A program made the translations under genes and the position numbers. A stretch of 32,000 bases of DNA from contig NZ_CP089976.1 in NCBI RefSeq assembly GCF_022701215.1, forward strand, positions 1,770,001 to 1,802,000, given 5' to 3'. The DNA comes from Moraxella nasovis (GTDB taxonomy: Bacteria; Pseudomonadota; Gammaproteobacteria; Pseudomonadales; Moraxellaceae). A model generated the notes under the pieces. That model had not been told where the DNA came from and ran no database searches. It worked only from the letters and a program-made list of their open reading frames with translations. The first letter of the stretch is position 1, and each line of letters begins with the position of its first letter. Positions 25,504 to 32,000 of this stretch are shown one piece after another.

Positions 25504-26559
25504 CTACTGATAGAAGTTCTTGCCATCAGCTTGTGTCTTAAATCGACGGTGAAACCACATCCACTGGGCGATGTTTTTATTGATATTAGCTTCAAACAAG
25601 TCGTTAATCCGCTGAGCATCAGCTATCTCATCACTGCTTGGGTAATGATCTAGCGCAGGCGATAGGGTGATGTGATAATGTGGGCGTTTGCCTTTTGGGA
25701 GATGGTCTGGCGTCTGGCGAAACATATCCATGACAATCACAGCAGGCGGATTAGTCTTATCACCGAGTCTAGCCAGTCGTCTTTGGGCGGTGATGGTTGC
25801 AGCTGGCACGCCAAAAAACGTCGCCATCACGCCATGCTCAAGCCCAAAATCTTGATCAGGACTGTACCAAATCACTTTACCCAGCTTAATGCGACCGATG
25901 AGTTTTTTCATGTTACGGCTTTGGATTTGCTCATCAAAAATATGCCGTCTGCCATTATAAATAAACCATTCTAATAGAGCATTATTTTGCTTGCGATACA
26001 CACAATCAGCAGCAAAAAACTGCGTACAAAGTCTACCGCCAAGATCTAATGTGGTGAAGTGTCCGCCCAATAAGATAACTGCTTTGCCTTCGTTTTGAGC
26101 ATTGATAAGATGTTGTAAACCTGCAATGCTAAATGTGCGTTTAAAGACATTGGGGCGAAACCATGCACACAGCGTCTCAAAGATACCAATGCCTTGATTG
26201 ACAAATACTTGTTTAGCAATCAGTAATTTTTCGCTATCAGACTTATCTGGAAAAGCAAGACTAAGATTGGTCAGCGTGTCTTTAACACGACGTTTGGCAA
26301 GCATAAATGCCAATCTGCCAATCTGACGCCCAAGCCAAAACTGCACTCGAAGTGGTAAGTAAATCAGTGGTAAAAATATACCAAACCCAAGCCAAATCCC
26401 CCAGTATTGTGGAGCTAAAAACGCCCAGCTAAAAGGGGCTTTATCTGCCATCTGTGTTTGCTTATGAGTGGCTGTCAGATCAGGCATGGCTTTTGGGTTA
26501 ATCTGTGAACTGCTTGGCTTATCGGGGGCTTTTGTCTGACAGCAAGGTCTTTTATTCAT
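25504..26559 (-). CDS. lpxL: Lipid A secondary (lauroyl/myristoyl) acyltransferase LpxL/HtrB family
   Basis: FSWAFLAPQYWGIWLGFG, GGHFTTLDLG, VYRKQNN, WYSPDQD and MWFHRRFKT are collinear with E. coli LpxL. SD AGGAAA precedes the ATG at 26559. The internal ATG at 26451 would give the E. coli-like N-terminus. Confidence 0.85.
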   Translation of the reverse strand: MNKRPCCQTKAPDKPSSSQINPKAMPDLTATHKQTQMADKAPFSWAFLAPQYWGIWLGFGIFLPLIYLPLRVQFWLGRQIGRLAFMLAKRRVKDTLTNLSLAFPDKSDSEKLLIAKQVFVNQGIGIFETLCAWFRPNVFKRTFSIAGLQHLINAQNEGKAVILLGGHFTTLDLGGRLCTQFFAADCVYRKQNNALLEWFIYNGRRHIFDEQIQSRNMKKLIGRIKLGKVIWYSPDQDFGLEHGVMATFFGVPAATITAQRRLARLGDKTNPPAVIVMDMFRQTPDHLPKGKRPHYHITLSPALDHYPSSDEIADAQRINDLFEANINKNIAQWMWFHRRFKTQADGKNFYQ

Positions 26560-26561
26560 GG

Positions 26562-28505
26562 CTATTTTCCTAGACTTCCAAGCTCATCCCAGCGTTCTAG
26601 TTTCTCAAGCAGTAAGATGTCAAGCTCACCGAGTCGTTCACTGTATTTGGTGGCAAGAGCCAAATCACTGACAAATAGCGAGCCATCGGCAAGTTTTGCG
26701 TTAAGCTCGCGTTGTTCATTTTCAAGCTCTTCGATTTCATTTGGTAGATTATCCAGCTCTCTTTGCTCTTTATAGCTAAGTTTTTTCTTGAGTGTGTTGG
26801 CGGTGCTTTGGGTGGTGTTAGCTTGTGGTTTGTCAATTTTTGATTTATCGGCTTTATCGGCTTTAGTGGACTTGGCTTGGGTATTAGGTTTTTGGTTGAG
26901 ATAGTCTTGGTAGCCGCCGACGTATTCGCTGATAATGCCATCGCCATTTGAATCGATGTCAAACGCCCAAGTCTGAGTCACGACATTATCCATAAATGCT
27001 CTATCATGACTAATTAATAAAATCGTGCCATCAAAATTAACCACATATTCTTCGAGTAGCTCAAGGGTTGCCATATCAAGATCGTTGGTCGGCTCATCAA
27101 GCACCAGCACATTAGCAGGCTTTAGCAATTGCTTGGCAAGTAGTACCCTTGCCTTCTCGCCACCTGATAAGGCCTTAACAGGGGTTCTAGCACGGTTAGG
27201 CGTGAATAAGAAGTCTTGTAAATAGCCTAAAATGTGCGTCTTACGCCCGCCAACTTCCACATGGTCAGAGCCTTCAGAGACATTTTCGGCGATGGATTTA
27301 TCCCCGTCTAGTTGTCCTTTTAGCTGATCAAAAAATGCGATATTAAGGTTAGTGCCAAGCTTAATTTTGCCTTGTGTTTTGGCACTATCATCTAGCCCTA
27401 AGATGGTGCGAATTAGCGTGGTCTTGCCGACGCCATTTTTGCCAATAATTCCCACTTTATCACCTCGTGTCAGCACGGTGCTAAAGTCCTTGACTAGGAT
27501 TTTATCGTCGTATTTTAGGGTAAGGTTCTCAACTTCACAGACGATTTTTCCTGACTTTTCACCTAAATTTTGGCTGATAGACACATTGCCAACGACATCT
27601 CGGCGTGCTTTACGCTCTTCACGAAGTGCTTTGAGTGCCCGTACTCGCCCTTCATTACGAGTGCGTCTTGCCTTAATGCCTTGTCGTATCCACACTTCTT
27701 CTGCTGCAAGTTTTTTGTCAAATTCAGCAAAAGATTTCGCCTCTGATTCAAGCTCAAGCTCTTTAAGCTCTTGGTAGCGAGCATATCCTCCCACGCCTTG
27801 TGATACGTCATAGCTTGACAGCTTACCACGATCAAGCTCAATAATACGAGTGGCAAGATTATCCACAAACTTACGATCATGCGTGATAAACAGTAGACTA
27901 AAGTTTTGATTAAGCAGATATTTTTCAAGCCAATCAATACTCTCAACGTCTAAGTGGTTAGTCGGCTCGTCAAGTAATAACACATCAGGCTTAGTCACTA
28001 AGGCTCTGGCTAAAAGCACACGACGCTTACGACCACCTGATAGGTTCTCTAACCTATCATCAGCATTTAGATTCATATTCTCAAGCAAGGTGCGAGCATG
28101 GCGTTCTAACTCCCAGCCACCTAGGACGTCAATGTCATGTTGTAAATGAGACATCTTCTCGCAGGCAGTCATATCGCCAAGCGAACATTGATCAGATAAG
28201 GCATGATAATCGTCGAGCAGCTGAGCGACTTTTTGGTTGCCACCCATCACCACATCAAGCAGCGTGCCATCATCTTTTGGCACATCTTGGGCAAGCATGG
28301 CAATCTTTATGCCATCAGTTACGATCATCTCGCCATCATCAGGAGTCTGTACGCCTGTAATGACCTTAAATAACGTAGATTTGCCTTCTCCGTTACGTCC
28401 GACCAAGCAGACTCGCTCATTTGGCTCAAGTGAGAAGTTAACGTGATCTAAGATGGGAGCTGTGCCAAAGGCAAGCGAGATATTTTTTAGGGTAATGAGT
28501 GCCAT
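26562..28505 (-). CDS. uup: ABC-F family ATPase Uup
   Basis: 647 aa with two ABC cassettes (GRNGEGKST / LSGGRKRR / LLLDEPTNHLD and GKNGVGKTT / LSGGEKAR / LVLDEPTNDLD). The inter-domain EEVWIRQGIKARRTRNEGRVRALK is nearly identical to E. coli Uup. There is a C-terminal coiled coil. Confidence 0.9.
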   Translation of the reverse strand: MALITLKNISLAFGTAPILDHVNFSLEPNERVCLVGRNGEGKSTLFKVITGVQTPDDGEMIVTDGIKIAMLAQDVPKDDGTLLDVVMGGNQKVAQLLDDYHALSDQCSLGDMTACEKMSHLQHDIDVLGGWELERHARTLLENMNLNADDRLENLSGGRKRRVLLARALVTKPDVLLLDEPTNHLDVESIDWLEKYLLNQNFSLLFITHDRKFVDNLATRIIELDRGKLSSYDVSQGVGGYARYQELKELELESEAKSFAEFDKKLAAEEVWIRQGIKARRTRNEGRVRALKALREERKARRDVVGNVSISQNLGEKSGKIVCEVENLTLKYDDKILVKDFSTVLTRGDKVGIIGKNGVGKTTLIRTILGLDDSAKTQGKIKLGTNLNIAFFDQLKGQLDGDKSIAENVSEGSDHVEVGGRKTHILGYLQDFLFTPNRARTPVKALSGGEKARVLLAKQLLKPANVLVLDEPTNDLDMATLELLEEYVVNFDGTILLISHDRAFMDNVVTQTWAFDIDSNGDGIISEYVGGYQDYLNQKPNTQAKSTKADKADKSKIDKPQANTTQSTANTLKKKLSYKEQRELDNLPNEIEELENEQRELNAKLADGSLFVSDLALATKYSERLGELDILLLEKLERWDELGSLGK

Positions 28506-28572
28506 TGCTATGATAAATCGTGATAAAATTTCACCAATTATAGCAAATTTCCCCTTAGGTTTGAGAATTTTT

Positions 28573-28773
28573 ATGAATGATATCGTTGAGCTACAAATTA
28601 AGCTTGCCTACTTAGAAGAGATGGTTGAGAGCTTAAACGACGTGGTTACTCGCCAAGATCGTCTTTTGACTGACTTACAAGACCAACTAAAGCTGATGTA
28701 CGGACAATTACAAAATAAAGAAAACACCATTACGCCTTTTGACTTATTAGCTGACAGACCGCCACATTATTAG
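28573..28773 (+). CDS. slyX: SlyX family protein
   Basis: 66 aa from the ATG at 28573. It is a coiled-coil protein (LQIKLAYLEEMVESLNDVV) ending in RPPHY; E. coli SlyX ends in PPPHY. The longer ORF in the track (28453) overlaps the uup start region. Confidence 0.78.
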   Translation: MNDIVELQIKLAYLEEMVESLNDVVTRQDRLLTDLQDQLKLMYGQLQNKENTITPFDLLADRPPHY

Positions 28774-28911
28774 GCAAATGATGGCCTTTGTATTTTTTTA
28801 TGTTTTTAAAAATTTTCGCTTGTATTGCTTATTATTTTGTTTTAAGATAACTGAGAAATAACATTTTGTTACGATTTAAGCACGCAAGTAAAGCTAGCTG
28901 AATCAACAAAC

Positions 28912-28939
28912 GGTTATCACTTAAAATGGTTATCACTTA
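28912..28939 (+). repeat. Perfect 12-bp direct repeat GGTTATCACTTA x2 (16-bp period) upstream of the FadL-family gene
   Basis: Copies at 28912-28923 and 28928-28939, read directly from the sequence. They lie 62-89 nt upstream of the ATG at 29001. Confidence 0.8.
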
Positions 28940-29000
28940 TCGCACAGCTTATAGTTAGGATTCATGGCGTGCTTTGGAAATTGCTTACTTAGGAGTAGAT

Positions 29001-30545
29001 ATGCGTTCTTCATTCCAACTTAAATTATTATCGCTTGCCGTGGCAACGCTTGGTACAGCGACTGTCGCCAATGCAGCAGGGCTTGATCGTTCTGGGCAAG
29101 ATGTGAGTGCCTTTTTACAAGATGGCACTTATGCTGAGCTTGTCTATACTTATGTCGATGCTGATGTCTCAGGTCATGGACTCAATGCGGTACGCAAAGA
29201 AACTCCTAACCCAGCAACTGGAAAACCTGACATTAGTACGACTTATGTTCAAGGTGAGGCCACAGGTGATATGACACCTTCTTATGACTTTTTCCGTTAT
29301 GGCGTAAAAGCTGACATCAATGACACCTTTAGCGTGGGCGTGCTATATGATGAGCCATTTGGTGCGTCTGTTTTACAACAAGGCAGCAGTAATTTTGTCA
29401 GTCAAGGCGGTGATCACACCATCAATGAACTGACAGTGGCAGCATCTCAACAACTTCCAACAGTCCAAGAGGCAATAAATGCACATGGGTTATTGAGTAG
29501 AAAGGCAGGTATTTTAAGAAGTGGCGTCATTAATGGCGGCAAAAGAATTGAAGAACTAAGGCAACAGGGTAAGCTGGATAAATTGCCACCCGCTGCGCTA
29601 AAAAGCTATGAAGACAACAAAAAAGAAGCCATAGAATTACTTGGTCCAAATTTGGATGGTGCTTCTGGCACTGTGGCAAGATTGACAGGGGCGATTAATG
29701 CAGCTAACACTGCCGAAGCTCAAAAAGGGCAAGGCACTCAAGTTGATATTCGCACCAATAATCTGACTGCCTTGCTTGGTATGAAATTTGGTGATAATAA
29801 GCAATTTCAAATATATGGCGGCCCTTCTTTAAGCCGTGTGTCGGGTAATGTGGCTTTGCGTGGTGTGGCGTATTCTGGCTTGACAGGTTATGACGCTCGC
29901 ATTAAGCCTGATACAGATCTAGGCTGGGTGGCAGGTGCTTCATACAGCATTCCAAAAATCGCCCTAAAAGCTGCCTTGACTTATCGTTCAGAGATTGAGC
30001 ATGAAAGTAGCATTTATGAAAATGTTCCTGCGACTGGTAAAGAATCAAGCAGCAAGTTTGGCGTAAAACTACCACCATCTTATAACCTAGATTTTCAAAC
30101 AGGGGTAAATCCAACCACGCTACTTAGTGCAAAAGTACGCTATGTACCGTGGAGTGATTTTGAGATTCGTCCACCAGCTTATGGGGCGGTAACTGAGCGT
30201 GTGGCAGGTAAGCCATTACCTATTGTCAGCTACGCTAAAGATCAATGGTCAGTTGATGTATCTTTGGGTAAAAGATTGGCACCAAAATTGGCGGTATCAG
30301 CAGGCATAGGCTATGACAGCGGTGCAGGTAAGATGGCAACGACACTAGGGCCGATTAACGGATATTATAGTGCTTCGCTTGGGGCAAAATATGACGTGAC
30401 CAAAAACTGGTCGGTGTCTGTGGGCGGTAAATACTTGAAATTTGGCGATGCGACAGCAACACTGCCAACGGGTCAAGTCGCTGGTCACTTTAAAAATAAT
30501 GACGGCTTTGCCGCTGGTCTAAAACTTGCTTACCAAGCAAAATAA
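29001..30545 (+). CDS. Outer membrane transport protein, OMPP1/FadL/TodX family (OMP E-like)
   Basis: The ATG at 29001 follows AGGAG (28991-28995). The signal peptide is ...TATVANA/AGLDRSGQDVSAFLQDG, the typical FadL-family mature N-terminus. The C-terminal half has an alternating beta-strand pattern. 514 aa. Confidence 0.85.
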   Translation: MRSSFQLKLLSLAVATLGTATVANAAGLDRSGQDVSAFLQDGTYAELVYTYVDADVSGHGLNAVRKETPNPATGKPDISTTYVQGEATGDMTPSYDFFRYGVKADINDTFSVGVLYDEPFGASVLQQGSSNFVSQGGDHTINELTVAASQQLPTVQEAINAHGLLSRKAGILRSGVINGGKRIEELRQQGKLDKLPPAALKSYEDNKKEAIELLGPNLDGASGTVARLTGAINAANTAEAQKGQGTQVDIRTNNLTALLGMKFGDNKQFQIYGGPSLSRVSGNVALRGVAYSGLTGYDARIKPDTDLGWVAGASYSIPKIALKAALTYRSEIEHESSIYENVPATGKESSSKFGVKLPPSYNLDFQTGVNPTTLLSAKVRYVPWSDFEIRPPAYGAVTERVAGKPLPIVSYAKDQWSVDVSLGKRLAPKLAVSAGIGYDSGAGKMATTLGPINGYYSASLGAKYDVTKNWSVSVGGKYLKFGDATATLPTGQVAGHFKNNDGFAAGLKLAYQAK

Positions 30546-30580
30546 ATCTAAGCTGTATTACATAAATTAACCGTTAATTA

Positions 30581-30612
30581 AAAAAGCCAAAGCAGAAGTT
30601 TTGGCTTTTTTT
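30581..30612 (+). terminator. Rho-independent terminator after the FadL-family gene
   Basis: GCCAAA (30586-30591) pairs with TTTGGC (30600-30605). The stem is extended by A/T pairs and followed by a T7 run. Confidence 0.75.
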
Positions 30613-30904
30613 GTTTTTCTTATCAAATTTATCAAGATTACCAAATTTACCAAATTTATTTATTGAGCTACCTAAGCCATTAGATAAGGGTAGGTAATTA
30701 TTAAAGTGATTTATTAAGCCTAAGTATTTATGTATAGGCGTGAATTTGACGATTGGGATTGATGGTTTTTTAATGTTTGCTAGCTATCATTAATCATTAG
30801 CACCTATTACCACCCACCATTAGCCATCGCAATTTTTGATAAAATCTGTTATGATAAGTTGTTATTTTAATTTTAATATCACTTAAAAACCATTTAGATT
30901 GCTT

Positions 30905-31603
30905 ATGAAAATTCTACCAGAACAGCCGTTTTTAATCGCACCATCTATTTTGTCCGCCAATTTTGCACGCTTGGGCGATGACACGCAGGCGGTACTTGAC
31001 GCAGGGGCAGATGTCGTGCATTTTGATGTCATGGATAATCATTATGTGCCAAATTTGACCTTTGGGGCGATGGTGTGCCGTGCCTTAAAAGATTATGGTA
31101 TCAAAGCCCCCATTGATGTGCATTTGATGGTAAAGCCTGTGGATACAATGATTGAAGCATTTATCAAGGCAGGGGCGGACATCATCACGTTTCACCCAGA
31201 GGCCAGCGAGCATATTGACCGCAGTTTACAGCTCATCAAAGATGCTGGGGTAAAATGCGGATTGGTATTTAATCCTGCCACGCCCCTGCATTATTTGGAT
31301 CATACTATTGATAAGCTAGACCAAATTCTTATTATGAGCGTAAACCCCGGATTTGGCGGTCAAACATTCATTGATGGTACGCTAGATAAGGTGCGTACAG
31401 CTCGGCGTATGATTGATGAGCGGGGTTTGGACATTCGCTTGGAGATTGATGGTGGGGTTAATCCACAAAATATCGGCAGTATTGCAGAAGCTGGCGTGGA
31501 TATGTTTGTGGCAGGTTCGGCGATTTTTAGTCAGCCTGATTATAAGACAGTCATTGATGCCATGCGTAATGAGTTACAAAAAGTCCATGCGGTGTCGGTG
31601 TGA
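30905..31603 (+). CDS. rpe: Ribulose-phosphate 3-epimerase
   Basis: 232 aa from the ATG at 30905. [40 protein letters not shown] and IDGGV are the classic Rpe motifs. Confidence 0.93.
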   Translation: MKILPEQPFLIAPSILSANFARLGDDTQAVLDAGADVVHFDVMDNHYVPNLTFGAMVCRALKDYGIKAPIDVHLMVKPVDTMIEAFIKAGADIITFHPEASEHIDRSLQLIKDAGVKCGLVFNPATPLHYLDHTIDKLDQILIMSVNPGFGGQTFIDGTLDKVRTARRMIDERGLDIRLEIDGGVNPQNIGSIAEAGVDMFVAGSAIFSQPDYKTVIDAMRNELQKVHAVSV

Positions 31604-31926
31604 TGCATAACATTTCACCAAAAAACCAAGCCAATACCAAGCTTGTACCGCTTGGGATAACGGTGGGTCTTGCGATATTTGCCTTTGCATTAGCAGTTGC
31701 AGGCTACGGCTTTCGTCTGTTAGCAGGTGATGAGCTTGGTGCTGTTATTCGCCATGCCCTTGTTGTTGTGTCATTTTTTATGATTGTAATCCCTGCTTTG
31801 TTTGTGGGGGGTGCAAAGCTGCTAAACAAGTTTAGTGGGACTCAGATTCAGACGAGAAACGCAGTAACACTTGGCTATCTTATGGCTTGTGTGATGATTT
31901 TAACCATTATGGGGCGATACAGCTGA
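31603..31926 (+). CDS. Hypothetical small membrane protein (about 3 predicted TM helices)
   Basis: 107-aa ORF whose ATG overlaps the rpe stop (TGATG at 31601-31605). Hydrophobic stretches include LGITVGLAIFAFALAVAGYGF, ALVVVSFFMIVIPALFVGG and LGYLMACVMILTIM. I recognise no family. Confidence 0.5.
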   Translation: MHNISPKNQANTKLVPLGITVGLAIFAFALAVAGYGFRLLAGDELGAVIRHALVVVSFFMIVIPALFVGGAKLLNKFSGTQIQTRNAVTLGYLMACVMILTIMGRYS

Positions 31927-32000
31927 TGGCGGTTTTAGATATTTTGCCAGATTGCTGGGTGCCAAAAGATGTACCTAAGGGCTTGATTTTATCACTTATC
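31926..32000 (+). CDS. Start of an unidentified ORF (25 codons, runs off the window end)
   Basis: The ATG at 31926 overlaps the previous stop (TGATG at 31924-31928). It reads MAVLDILPDCWVPKDVPKGLILSLI..., which is too short to assign. Confidence 0.3.
   Translation, partial: MAVLDILPDCWVPKDVPKGLILSLI

Noticed and set aside
28778-28861. A 27-codon Phe-rich ORF (MMAFVFFYVFKNFRLYCLLFCFKITEK) after slyX.
   Set aside because: The Phe richness simply reflects T-rich intergenic DNA. The SD is weak (AGG, 3-nt spacing) and nothing else supports it.
30770-30830. Tandem ATCATTA heptamers and recurring CCATTAG in the spacer upstream of rpe, considered as a Fur-box-like or other operator.
   Set aside because: The match to the GATAATGATAATCATTATC Fur consensus is poor. 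The units are short and the region is AT-rich, so chance recurrence is likely.
31989-32000. The 12-mer TTATCACTTATC at the window end, identical to 28930-28941 within the repeat upstream of the FadL-like gene. It was considered as a dispersed motif or uptake sequence.
   Set aside because: There are only two to three occurrences, one of them inside a coding region. The rough chance expectation for one specific 12-mer in 64 kb of two-strand sequence is low but not negligible. A genome-wide count is needed before claiming anything.
1-32000. Whole-window scan for CRISPR arrays, IS/transposase ends, integrases, prophage genes, toxin-antitoxin pairs, restriction-modification or other defence modules, and secondary-metabolite clusters.
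   Set aside because: Every ORF over 100 aa is accounted for by a recognisable housekeeping, envelope or LOS function, except one 107-aa membrane ORF. No regularly spaced repeats or terminal inverted repeats were seen.

Overview
The window looks like a chromosomal core segment of a Moraxellaceae genome, most likely a Moraxella species. The clues are mid-40s % G+C in core genes by spot counts, an Hfq with the long Gly/Phe-rich tail typical of the family, and the miaA-hfq-kdsD(kpsF) order that I recall being reported for M. catarrhalis.

Gene order:
- lon (5' part, -)
- oprM-acrB-acrA type RND efflux operon (-)
- tRNA-Cys and tRNA-Leu (+)
- tsaE-miaA-hfq (+)
- kdsD-kdsC-lptC-lptA-lptB (+)
- GTP-type PEP carboxykinase (-)
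- a 674-bp AT-rich non-coding spacer
- three LOS-type glycosyltransferase genes: GT4-like (+), GT25-like (-), tandem two-domain GT2 (-)
- pheA and a fused tyrA-aroA (+)
- rarD (+)
- folB and a divergent folK-like gene (+)
- lpxL and uup (-)
- slyX (+)
- a FadL-family outer membrane protein (+)
- rpe, a small membrane ORF and the start of another ORF (+)

I found no IS element, integrase, phage gene, CRISPR array, toxin-antitoxin pair or recognisable defence gene. I cannot honestly point to a convincing new multi-gene system. The only accessory-looking part is the compositionally mosaic glycosyltransferase islet at about 16.0-20.3 kb.

The most checkable oddities there are:
- a full-length internal duplication in the two-domain GT2 gene
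- an A8 tract in its linker, where a -1 slip would give a TGATG stop/start junction exactly at the second domain
- a 14/15-identical tandem 15-bp repeat next to a perfect extended -10 upstream of the GT4 gene

The other findings are smaller: Hfq tail repeats, a MiaA insertion, a 12-bp direct repeat upstream of the FadL-like gene, an oversized loop in that protein, a divergent HPPK, and a vestigial start at the TyrA-AroA junction. All homology calls come from reading the translations against remembered family motifs. No searches were run.
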